Source of the DNA: a virus
Length of the DNA: 64,000 nt
Virus record (IMG/VR): IMGVR_UViG_3300033145_002224
Coordinates: 37,438 to 101,437 of that record
Reading direction: 5' to 3' (one strand)
A model generated the notes under the pieces. The model did no database searches. It was not told the DNA's origin and saw only the letters and a program-made list of their open reading frames with translations. The position numbers were made by a program, and so were the translations under genes. This document shows, one piece after another, positions 31,982 through 40,609 of this stretch (positions are counted from its first letter, which is position 1; each line of letters begins with the position of its first letter).

Positions 31982-32221
31982 TTACTTAAGTATCACCATC
32001 CCAACAACTCCCGACAAAAATGCTAATAATATAAATCCAACCATTCCGTAAACAATATTTTTTACCGGTCTAAATCTTTCGTTTGTAACAAATTTTTCGT
32101 CTGTACACTCAATAAAATCATCAAGCTTTTTCTCGATACGATTAACAGTAGCATCGGTAGATGAAAGTTTTGCTTCTAATTTTGCCATGTTTATTTTAAC
32201 ATTAGTTATATCTTCAGACAT
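31982..32221 (-). CDS. Coiled-coil + C-terminal TM protein (holin/XhlA-like)
   Basis: 79 aa; typical phage lysis-module architecture. Confidence 0.6.
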   Translation of the reverse strand: MSEDITNVKINMAKLEAKLSSTDATVNRIEKKLDDFIECTDEKFVTNERFRPVKNIVYGMVGFILLAFLSGVVGMVILK

Positions 32222-32293
32222 ATCTTTTATTATATATATGTGGCTTGTGCCGCCTAGGCAATAATATGCTCAGACGACACATTACCCGCTATA

Positions 32294-33202
32294 TTAACTC
32301 AGTAACGACGTTGAACTACTTGTACTAGATGAAGTTGAACTAGTTGTACTAGAACTTGTCGAACTACTCGTACTAGAGGTTGTTGAACTACTTGTACTGG
32401 AACTTGTTGAGCTAGACGTATATGTAGTCGAGCTAGAAGTACTAGAACTTGTTGAGCTAGACGTATATGTGGTCGAGCTAGAAGTAGAACTAGAAGTAGA
32501 AGAACTTGTACTGGAGCTTGTTGAGCTAGTAGTAGAGCTAGAGGTTGAGCTAGAAGTACTTGAAGTGGTTGAACTACTTGTACTAGAACTTGTAGAACTA
32601 GAGGTTGTAGTAAATTCTTCGTAGAAGTTAGCATTCCCCATTACAATTTTCCTTGCTTCACTAATCTCAAATAAATGCATTAACATCACATCACCCACAT
32701 CATTAGTACTAAGGTAAATAGGTAATAGTGTTTGTCTTGGAAAATGGCTATAATGAGTTGCCATTCTTCTACCATCGATCCAAAATTCAACTCTATCTAT
32801 CCGCCAACGAATTTCAAAATTAATCGCTCTATTTGTCCAGTCATCCTCCCATGTGATAGTTGTCTCTTCTTGTGCTGTAGCGGTAGCATCACCAGCTGAA
32901 CGTGCGGTAAGATGCCCACCATGTATCCTAAAATGGGCAAAATTACGAGTTGCGTGAGCCCTAGAATATAATCCAAAAATACGTTCATCAATTGCTGCTG
33001 GTGCATTTTCAAGTGTCATTTTAAGTGTCAGATTCCCAAACATCATAAAAAGACTAGTGGTTATAGCACCATCACGTAATCTAATTTTACCATCTATACA
33101 ACTTGGGTCACCAGTTATGATTTTTAACAAATCCTTATCAAAACCATAAATATATGGTTCATATGTAAAATGACCGAAGTCACTTACTGCTTTAGTATCC
33201 AT
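32294..33202 (-). CDS. Concanavalin/GH16-like beta-sandwich protein with C-terminal TSSS tract
   Basis: FEIRW..DRVEFWIDG motif; ~100-aa Ser/Thr tail at about 32300-32610. Confidence 0.7.
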   Translation of the reverse strand: MDTKAVSDFGHFTYEPYIYGFDKDLLKIITGDPSCIDGKIRLRDGAITTSLFMMFGNLTLKMTLENAPAAIDERIFGLYSRAHATRNFAHFRIHGGHLTARSAGDATATAQEETTITWEDDWTNRAINFEIRWRIDRVEFWIDGRRMATHYSHFPRQTLLPIYLSTNDVGDVMLMHLFEISEARKIVMGNANFYEEFTTTSSSTSSSTSSSTTSSTSSSTSSSTTSSTSSSTSSSTSSSTSSSTTYTSSSTSSSTSSSTTYTSSSTSSSTSSSTTSSTSSSTSSSTTSSTSSSTSSSTSLLS

Positions 33203-33207
33203 CTTAT

Positions 33208-33771
33208 TTATTTTTTATCTTCTGGAGTGGCCACTTCTTTAACAGTAGCTTTTTTAGGTTGCGCCTTCTTAGCTGTCCCGCTTGGACTTTTCGCTTTTGG
33301 AGGCGTTTCCTGTGTTTGCTCTTTATTAGTTTCATCTGTTTTTTCTTGATCATTACCTTTTTCAAGGATTTTAGCAAGAATCTTAACAACCTTTTCTTCA
33401 GCCATTTTAGTAGCCATATTTTCCAAGGCTCTCTTGGTTTCAGGCGTAATTTTAATAGCTGATTTAGGATTTAAACTCTTACCAACATGACCATATTTAA
33501 TTTCAGTAATGTCATGCTCAGGCTCTACACCCTTCCTAATATATGGATCTTTAGCGTCTTCATCTTCAGACAAAATAAAATCCATTTTAAAACCAGGGTG
33601 TTTTTGTAAAGCCTCGGCCATTTTCTCATCTTTAACCTTGAGTATGCCATTTTCAAACTTAGCATATACTCCAGAGACAGCAGTCCTGCCCGTTAACGGC
33701 TCAGCAGGAGTGCCAGGTGTAATAACAACGCGAAGATTCGCGTTTTTAGAAATAAATGTGTAATCCTTCAT
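33208..33771 (-). CDS. Hypothetical head-module protein
   Basis: 187 aa with Lys-rich tail; downstream of capsid. Confidence 0.55.
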   Translation of the reverse strand: MKDYTFISKNANLRVVITPGTPAEPLTGRTAVSGVYAKFENGILKVKDEKMAEALQKHPGFKMDFILSEDEDAKDPYIRKGVEPEHDITEIKYGHVGKSLNPKSAIKITPETKRALENMATKMAEEKVVKILAKILEKGNDQEKTDETNKEQTQETPPKAKSPSGTAKKAQPKKATVKEVATPEDKK

Positions 33772-33797
33772 ATTTTTATATAATTATTAAAGTTAAC

Positions 33798-33818
33798 GAG
33801 GGGAGTAAAACTCCCCTC
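33798..33818 (-). terminator. GC-rich hairpin
   Basis: GAGGGGAGT/ACTCCCCTC perfect inverted repeat; weak U-tract. Confidence 0.45.
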
Positions 33819-33828
33819 ATAACATTGT

Positions 33829-34596
33829 CTATTCTCTTTTATACTGCGCTTGTACGAAACCCGAAGCAGAATTTACAACTGTGCCATCTATACAGATAAC
33901 AAGTTCTTTTCCTTCTCCTGGAGTAACACCATTGTCCAAATCAATTTCCGTGTCGGTTGTATCTATTCCTGCATTGGAATAAATTTGTGTCTCAGTAGTT
34001 CCATCAACGGAATAAATTTTGACAATACCCGTGGCAGCTGTCAAATCAGCATAATAACTGAATAATTTCAGCACTATGCGATGAGATGCTGACATTGCAG
34101 CTGGGCCGCCAGCTAAACGGTCGTAAGCAATCCTCAACCTATACGAAGCAAGAGCGCTTGAATCTGACAAAACGTCAAATACAGTTTCTCCTTCCGCACT
34201 AGTTGAAGCAGTTACAGAACCATTAAACCAAACATCATCTGATGCGTCAGAACGAAGTGCATCTAAAACACGACATTCCCAGCCAGCAGCAGCATTAATA
34301 TAATCGCATACTTCACCGACTGTATCGTATGCACCTGCTGACAGATCACAAGTAGTTGCGTTACCGTCACTATCCGTGCAGGTAATATCACTAGAGGTGT
34401 CGCTCATAACAACTGTTGCTGTTGAGCTACCATTAGCGACATCTTTTATACGCAAGGCTACCATTTTATCGTTAGCTTTACGAAGAAGCTTTTCTTCTCC
34501 AGCTAAGTCACGCATCTGTAAAAAATCTTTTGAAGCCATTTTATTTACTTTACTGTTAGTTATACCCCTCAATAACCCGTGAGGTTTTCGGGCCAT
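33829..34596 (-). CDS. Putative capsid decoration/head protein
   Basis: Ala/Ser/Thr/Asp-rich beta protein immediately after the capsid gene; true start may be the internal MASKDF. Confidence 0.55.
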   Translation of the reverse strand: MARKPHGLLRGITNSKVNKMASKDFLQMRDLAGEEKLLRKANDKMVALRIKDVANGSSTATVVMSDTSSDITCTDSDGNATTCDLSAGAYDTVGEVCDYINAAAGWECRVLDALRSDASDDVWFNGSVTASTSAEGETVFDVLSDSSALASYRLRIAYDRLAGGPAAMSASHRIVLKLFSYYADLTAATGIVKIYSVDGTTETQIYSNAGIDTTDTEIDLDNGVTPGEGKELVICIDGTVVNSASGFVQAQYKRE

Positions 34597-34612
34597 AGAA
34601 TTGATCTACGGA

Positions 34613-34642
34613 GGGCGGTGATTTATTCGTGTCCCACCGCCC
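34613..34642 (-). terminator. Hairpin after capsid gene
   Basis: GGGCGGTG/CACCGCCC inverted repeat. Confidence 0.45.
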
Positions 34643-34668
34643 CGAAGGACTCTATGTCAATGTGTTAA

Positions 34669-37600
34669 TTAGGCAGTTACACCTTTGATCAAAGCACATT
34701 TAGGAGCCTGGATTCTTTGCAGACCACACTCTGTAATATACTCATCAACTTGACCATCTACGTCAGGAGCCTGGATGTTGGTCCGAAGCTTGGTGTCCCG
34801 ATTAGTTATGTACCGATATTTAAAGCAGTCCATGTCTAATAGGAAACCATATCCTGAGTAGTCTTCTACGAATAGCGGGTTGTGAATAAGGTTAATTTTC
34901 CCAAATGGGGTAACATATTCACCAATCTGCATGCCATAACTTCTTGCTAAAGGTTTCATTTGAATTTGACCTCTAGCGAATTCGTTAATAGCCTGCAAAA
35001 CCACACCACCACAGAATAATGTTTTTGTAGTGTCACCGTAAGTGAAACCTTCTCTAAGGAATGTGTTGAAGTCAGGAGCTGTTAACACACCACCTTGACT
35101 TTGAACATAAGAACCACCAGCATCGATGAATTCAAGTACGCCACCAGTAGCACGCCGAGGATGACCTTGGGTACCATTAGTGTCTGACTTTTTTTCACCC
35201 CACCAGAAAGCACGTTCAATCAAATTTGTTACTACTCACTATACTGTGAGCGGACCGATCATTTCTGCCGATCTCTGTATGTCGCCATACAGTTCAGACT
35301 ATATCACTTTCCATTAACGAATCTTCCATTACTATCTCTTTTTCGCTTCTTGGCGAAAACCGATACCTTTTCTTTATTCTCCTTCGTTCTTGGAATACCT
35401 CGTATAGTCGTTGAACCTGGAAATAAACTTTTATATTTTTCTATTCTATCCTGTTTTCTTTTTATATTAAAATACAGGCCATTAGCAATAAACGATTTCT
35501 TATTTATCCCAAATCTAGCAAATATCTTACCACTTTTCAGTTTTTCTTTCGTTATTTTACCAACCTGAATCCCTTTCTCTAACATGATTTTATGCAACTC
35601 ATATAACCATGTATCAGCAGCGCCTATACCTATCCTCATATCAAATACTTCATGCGAATTAACCATATGCCATCTACACATAGCAACCCAACCCTCACTA
35701 TCTAATAATCCAGAGAAAAATTCTAATTTATGAGAACGTTCCCATTCATTAAAATCAATTGGAATATTTTTTCTTCCTATCGTTTCTTCTAATAACCACT
35801 TATTCATTTTAACATCTGATAAAGTAACAAAATATACCTTTCTTTTTGCGCTAGTTAATCTTTTGGCAATTCCAATTGTTACTTTATTATCAGACAATTT
35901 TCTTAATGAGTTTGCGGTTTTAATTACAAAATCCTCATCTATTGCTTGTAATATAAAAGTTCTTTTATTTTTTGAGATGTGACCATCTCCTAAATAAACG
36001 CCTAAAATATAAGACGTAGCTTTAGTTTTATTGTACATATTTCCTTGGAAGCGGATTGTCTCCACTGACAACTTGTTGCTCTTGGGCATTGTCAGATACT
36101 GAGAGTTTCCCGCAATTTAGAGATATTTACCTATATCATTACTGATATAGGGGACATTGATCTATCCAGAGCGTGCTCGGTTCCTTTTTTGGCACGGAGA
36201 TAAGGAAGTTCCTTACCACCATAGAGTTTAAGTTCTCTTTCAGTGCCAGATACTGCGATTGAAGTCCGGAAAATTTGAGTATAATTACTTTCTTTCGAAC
36301 TCCGGGTTGTGTTCACGTTGCGTGCACCAGCATTTTCCTCATTTACATTACCAACGATGTAAAGACCATCGCCATCAGCCATAGCGGCCTCAGCTGTGGT
36401 ACCAAAACCACGATCATTTGCACCAATAGTAAGTGAACTAACACCTGCGATAGCATTTACTCTAAAGTTTTCACCAGTTCTTGCGTTCTTTACAACATCA
36501 CCAGGGGTGAAGATGTAACCTGAACTAGAACCAGCTCCAGATACTGTTAGAGTAATTGCACCAGTCGCGTGAGCGCCAGTTACTTTTGCATAACGTCCGC
36601 CATAAAAATCTTCGAACCAAGAAAATTCGGGATTATTAGCAGAATTTTTCATCATGCTTGAACCTTTCCAAACTCCATCAGCATATGTTTTACCTACATT
36701 TGTAAGTAAAGATACTAATGGATGCTTGTTAGCAAATTTTGTTACTACTCAAATCGAGCGGTTGAATCATTTCTGTTCAACTCTATATGTCTCCATATAG
36801 ATCGGACTATATCATCATCCCGTAGGATGCATAACCTTTAGTCTCTGAACGTTTCCTAATAATTTCTTTTTTGTACATCTTTTAATATTTCAATTGCTTT
36901 TTTTAGTTTTTTCTGCTTTCTTTCTATCGTAAAGAATAATCCATTGTTAATAAAATCACGAGCATTTATCTTAAATCTAACCATCGTGACAGAACCATTT
37001 TTAGTATAGTCTGGTGGCATTATTTCTGGTTTATTAATTCTAATTTTCAGCTTCTCTAAAAATTTTTTGAATTCCCAGATCCAACCATCAGTTCCCTTAC
37101 CGATACCAATGGTTACCCTAGGATTTATTCTATTCTTATAAACCAATGAAATATAACCATCTCCATCCATTATACCGGCTATAAACCATTTTTTTATAGA
37201 TAAATCTGCATCCCATATAAAATATGGTATATGATGTTTTTTACTAGTTTGAGATTCGAAATAATCTTTATATTTAGTAAAACCAACACCAACACAATAT
37301 TTTGTTATTTGGTTTCCAGAATTAAATCCACTTCCTTCTTGATCGTATTTATTAACATTACCATTACAATTTGGTAATATTTTTTTTAAACACTGCAATG
37401 TAAAAGAAGCAAAATCTTTATCTATAACTTGCAATTGAAATGTACAATTTTTTGTAGGCTTTATTCTACTTGTTATTGATGCATCAGTAAGATACACCCC
37501 AAAAAGATAAGCCAGTTCCTTACTAGGATTCTCGATGCTGATTGACTCTAAACTCATATTTTTACACTTAGGTAATGAATTAATTAAAAAGTTGTTCCAG

Positions 37601-37807
37601 CAATTTGTTATGTTTTATATCCCCACATTACTGTGAGGTAGAGCCTAACGCGAGGGTTCGCTCTAAGAGAAAAATCTTGTCAACAACGTCCACAATCAGT
37701 CTACCCTCGGCAAGGGATACGGCTGTACTACGAGCTCCATTGCTGGAGTCATCGGCAATCGTACCTCTGTCGTGGGTAGGCTCAGTATAATATGGAAATT
37801 GAGCCAT
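34669..37807 (-). CDS. Major capsid protein (SU10/DUF5309-like), 422 aa from 3 exons: 37807-37660, 36732-36164, 35220-34669
   Basis: Exons join in frame (148+569+552=1269 nt): ...KIFLLE-P-NKHPL... and ...EHALD-IERAFWWG...; NYTQIF and YVTPFG motifs; follows scaffold gene. Confidence 0.9.
35221..36163 (-). mobile_element. Group I intron 2 in capsid gene (943 nt)
   Basis: Exon ends GGAU; IGS UCAAU-GUCC gives P10/P1 with U.G; P AAUUGCGGGAA, Q AAUCCGC, R UCAACGACUA, S GAUAUAGUC; terminal G. Confidence 0.92.
35304..36089 (-). CDS. LAGLIDADG homing endonuclease (intron 2)
   Basis: YILGVYLGDG and FFSGLLDSEG motifs. Confidence 0.92.
   Translation of the reverse strand: MPKSNKLSVETIRFQGNMYNKTKATSYILGVYLGDGHISKNKRTFILQAIDEDFVIKTANSLRKLSDNKVTIGIAKRLTSAKRKVYFVTLSDVKMNKWLLEETIGRKNIPIDFNEWERSHKLEFFSGLLDSEGWVAMCRWHMVNSHEVFDMRIGIGAADTWLYELHKIMLEKGIQVGKITKEKLKSGKIFARFGINKKSFIANGLYFNIKRKQDRIEKYKSLFPGSTTIRGIPRTKENKEKVSVFAKKRKRDSNGRFVNGK
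36733..37659 (-). mobile_element. Group I intron 1 in capsid gene (927 nt)
   Basis: IGS GUUAGGCUCUA complementary to the ligated exons; P AAUUGCUGGAA, Q AAUCAGCA, R UCAGAGACUA, S GAUAUAGUCC; terminal G. Confidence 0.92.
36856..37557 (-). CDS. LAGLIDADG homing endonuclease (intron 1)
   Basis: YLFGVYLTDA and FIAGIMDGDG motifs. Confidence 0.92.
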   Translation of the reverse strand: MSLESISIENPSKELAYLFGVYLTDASITSRIKPTKNCTFQLQVIDKDFASFTLQCLKKILPNCNGNVNKYDQEGSGFNSGNQITKYCVGVGFTKYKDYFESQTSKKHHIPYFIWDADLSIKKWFIAGIMDGDGYISLVYKNRINPRVTIGIGKGTDGWIWEFKKFLEKLKIRINKPEIMPPDYTKNGSVTMVRFKINARDFINNGLFFTIERKQKKLKKAIEILKDVQKRNY

Positions 37808-37865
37808 AGTTTTATCTTAACTGTTTATTAATTTTTAATGTCCAATAACCTATGGCCAATCAAAA

Positions 37866-38753
37866 CTAAAATTGATTTGGTGTCGGATTTCCACTAACTA
37901 GGTTATCAATAACATCCTTATCATCGATGACAGCAGCGTTCTGAGATACACCTCCAGCGGCATTGGCAGCTACATCTTTAGCCGCCTCAGCTTTTTTAGT
38001 GTCATCATCAGTCTTTTGCTTCTCTAAAATCGCGTCAGCTTTCACTGTTTTATACGCAATTTTAATGTCATCTTGGTCAGGATTTTCTTCTAACCATTTA
38101 GCAATACCTTCAGCATAATCCTCGAAATCTTTGGTATTTTCAATAAAATTATCAACATCCTGTTTAAAGTCGCGCAATTGATTGCTATCATTTAGCGTCT
38201 TTTGCAACTCCTCTTTAACAGAGGTGATTTTTTTATCAAACTCCTCACTAAGTTCTCCACGAACTTTAGCTTCGACCTCTTTTGGATCGGCTTTCTCGTA
38301 TTTTTCGTCTCCCATATCTTTTTTTACTTTGTCATGAGCCTCGGTTACCTTTTGAGCATCGTCGGCATCTAATTTGCCTTCGAGCACAGACTTTGCGACT
38401 TGAGGATCTATCTTGCCGTCTACAAGCGCCTGCAATAATTCAGGCTGCTTTTCAAGGTTATCTAGAACCGGTTCGATGTTACGAATAAATGTTCGTAAAT
38501 CACCCAGTTCAGAACCCTGTTCGCCAAGCTTCTTCTCAAGCTCTTCTCTCTGAGTTTTGATATCTTCATATTCTTTGGGGTCAATGACCGGAGTCTTTTC
38601 CCCACCGTCTGATTGCTCATTGGACTGAGCGGCTCCTTCTTTAGGCTCCCCTGCGCCAGAATTATTGGCATCAGGACCAGATTGGATTAAATCGTCTGAG
38701 CTACCCGATGTTGATTTATCATCACCGGACTCATTTTTTTGTTCTTCAGACAT
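37866..38753 (-). CDS. Capsid scaffolding protein
   Basis: Acidic coiled coil with ELEKKLGEQGSELGDLR; directly upstream of capsid gene. Confidence 0.8.
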   Translation of the reverse strand: MSEEQKNESGDDKSTSGSSDDLIQSGPDANNSGAGEPKEGAAQSNEQSDGGEKTPVIDPKEYEDIKTQREELEKKLGEQGSELGDLRTFIRNIEPVLDNLEKQPELLQALVDGKIDPQVAKSVLEGKLDADDAQKVTEAHDKVKKDMGDEKYEKADPKEVEAKVRGELSEEFDKKITSVKEELQKTLNDSNQLRDFKQDVDNFIENTKDFEDYAEGIAKWLEENPDQDDIKIAYKTVKADAILEKQKTDDDTKKAEAAKDVAANAAGGVSQNAAVIDDKDVIDNLVSGNPTPNQF

Positions 38754-38980
38754 AAAATGTTCTTCATATTTAATTAATTAAAAAGTAGCTATTTTTTAAT
38801 CTTATCTGCTCTTCGTTTAGTTAATTCTTCGGTAATTTTACCTAGATTAATCTTAGACTCAGATTCTTTCATGTTAGAGAGAGTATCCCTAATCATGCCA
38901 GATAAGTTTTCTGTTTGAGCAATTGATGCTCGTTCTTCTTTTGTTAAAGACATACCTTCATATTTTAAATTTATTATATT

Positions 38981-39586
38981 TTAAGCGCTTGTTTCCATTA
39001 AACCACTTTTTCTTTGACCACGTTTCTTTCGTCTATTCATAACTGTTTTTTTAACTCCATGCATACTCATATCTGGTTTACCTGGCCTAGCCGGTCTTGT
39101 CGGCATACTTGGTCTAGTTGGTCTAGCCGGTCTTGTTGGCCTAGCTGGTAAATTTGGAATATTTGGTCTCTCTGGCCTTGCTGGCCTAGATGGTCTTATT
39201 GGTCTAGTTACACCAGTTTGAACCTTTTGTGCTCCTGGTGGCGCTAATTTTGTTTTATTTGGGTATGGGACTGGTTGAGGTTTATACTCTCCAGTAGTTT
39301 CATTAAAATTAGGAGAACCACCTGGATATTTTTTATTAACTGGTTTAGTTATGGGTGTTGGCCTGCTAAGTTGAATTGGTACTTCGATTGGCGCAGTTTT
39401 CATATCACCAATCCCTTTTTTGATTTTAGGCATACTTGGCATCTTGGGCATATTTGCCTTGGTTGATGCAATACGCGATTTTACCTCATCACCAATACTA
39501 CTAACCTTTTTCTTAATTGTAGACATTTTATCTTTTAATATTTTATTTTTTTGTGTCCCTCCGGGGAGCTTATAATTTCCTAACAT
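38981..39586 (-). CDS. Basic Pro/Arg-rich low-complexity protein
   Basis: (RPx)n repeats, Lys-rich. Confidence 0.6.
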   Translation of the reverse strand: MLGNYKLPGGTQKNKILKDKMSTIKKKVSSIGDEVKSRIASTKANMPKMPSMPKIKKGIGDMKTAPIEVPIQLSRPTPITKPVNKKYPGGSPNFNETTGEYKPQPVPYPNKTKLAPPGAQKVQTGVTRPIRPSRPARPERPNIPNLPARPTRPARPTRPSMPTRPARPGKPDMSMHGVKKTVMNRRKKRGQRKSGLMETSA

Positions 39587-39594
39587 ATTATTAA

Positions 39595-39738
39595 TTAATT
39601 TTTAATTAAACGTTTACACAAATATTTACGCTTTTTGCGTTTCACACCACCAACATCAACACGCATTCGCCCCTCTACTAAAGATGTTGCTGTGGTTCTT
39701 GGCTTATTATCATGAATTGATTCAAGTGTACAACCCAT
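39595..39738 (-). CDS. 47-aa mini-protein resembling the capsid N-arm, with basic tail
   Basis: Manual translation MGCTLESIHDNKPRTTATSLVEGRMRVDVGGVKRKKRKYLCKRLIKN*; abuts the upstream stop codon. Confidence 0.7.
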   Translation of the reverse strand: MGCTLESIHDNKPRTTATSLVEGRMRVDVGGVKRKKRKYLCKRLIKN

Positions 39739-39739
39739 A

Positions 39740-40057
39740 CTATTTTTTAATAATACCAATCTTTGTAATCTCTAAATCAAAAGTTTCACGATTACGCCTT
39801 TCTTTGGACATATTTATATGATCTCTTTGAGAATGACTGGTTATTTTAGCACGAATAACAAGTAATAAGTCATCACCAACCTCAGAACCAGACAATTCTG
39901 GCACCTGCTTGTTGTTTAACCACATACTTGGATAACTAATTTCACGCTTACTAATAACTGGTTTAGACTCATTATTCTTGATTTTTTCTCCAGCGTCATG
40001 CATCTTAACCTTATTAAGAGAATCGGTTAAAATGTCTCTTTTAGAGTTTTTTGCCAT
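39740..40057 (-). CDS. Hypothetical head-module protein
   Basis: 105-aa ORF downstream of a promoter-motif copy. Confidence 0.6.
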   Translation of the reverse strand: MAKNSKRDILTDSLNKVKMHDAGEKIKNNESKPVISKREISYPSMWLNNKQVPELSGSEVGDDLLLVIRAKITSHSQRDHINMSKERRNRETFDLEITKIGIIKK

Positions 40058-40077
40058 ATATTTATTATTATGCTTTA

Positions 40078-40095
40078 ATTATATCAAAAGTACCC
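40078..40095 (-). promoter_or_regulatory. Conserved phage promoter motif GGGTACTTTTGATATAAT
   Basis: Motif copy upstream of the scaffold/capsid gene run. Confidence 0.75.
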
Positions 40096-40111
40096 CTTGA
40101 TTTAACTAACT

Positions 40112-40417
40112 TTACTTATTTTTCTTTTTTTCCTCTTTTTCACCACCCTTTTTAAGCCTTTCTCTCTCCTCGTTCACATAAACAATAATATCCCAAATAC
40201 CAGCACGAATACCTTGGGTTCTAGCCATTAAAGTAGGTTCTTTAAATGGGTCAGTCGACCGTAACCCATCGTCAGTTGCCTGAGAACGTATAGCCACATA
40301 CCTTAGTATGGCATACCATTGACGAGTATCACTTAACTCTAATAGAAGTGATTTCATCTCATTATCAGACATTGTGTCTAAATTTTCATCATTTTTAGAT
40401 TTTTTTTCTTCTTTCAT
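40112..40417 (-). CDS. Small post-portal hypothetical protein
   Basis: 101 aa, W..I...ARTQG pattern; synteny after portal. Confidence 0.6.
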   Translation of the reverse strand: MKEEKKSKNDENLDTMSDNEMKSLLLELSDTRQWYAILRYVAIRSQATDDGLRSTDPFKEPTLMARTQGIRAGIWDIIVYVNEERERLKKGGEKEEKKKNK

Positions 40418-40437
40418 AATATTAATTTTATTATTAA

Positions 40438-40605
40438 TTAGAATGGAGTATATTTACGTAAACCACGCTGTTCTTTAGGTAAGTATTTATCATATTTCTT
40501 ACCCTGCCTTAAATTAGCTGGTAATTTTTTCCAAACATCTAGAACTCCTTTTAGGGTAGAAAATATTACCTCTCGTTTTTTACTTTTATCAACTTTTTTA
40601 CTCAT
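40438..40605 (-). CDS. Small basic hypothetical protein (55 aa)
   Basis: Manual translation MSKKVDKSKKREVIF...KYTPF*; fills the gap after portal. Confidence 0.5.
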   Translation of the reverse strand: MSKKVDKSKKREVIFSTLKGVLDVWKKLPANLRQGKKYDKYLPKEQRGLRKYTPF

Positions 40606-40609
40606 TTAT

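Noticed and set aside
36131-36655. ORFs 36131..36655 and 34669..35223 as separate genes
   Set aside because: They are exons 2 and 3 of the intron-split capsid gene
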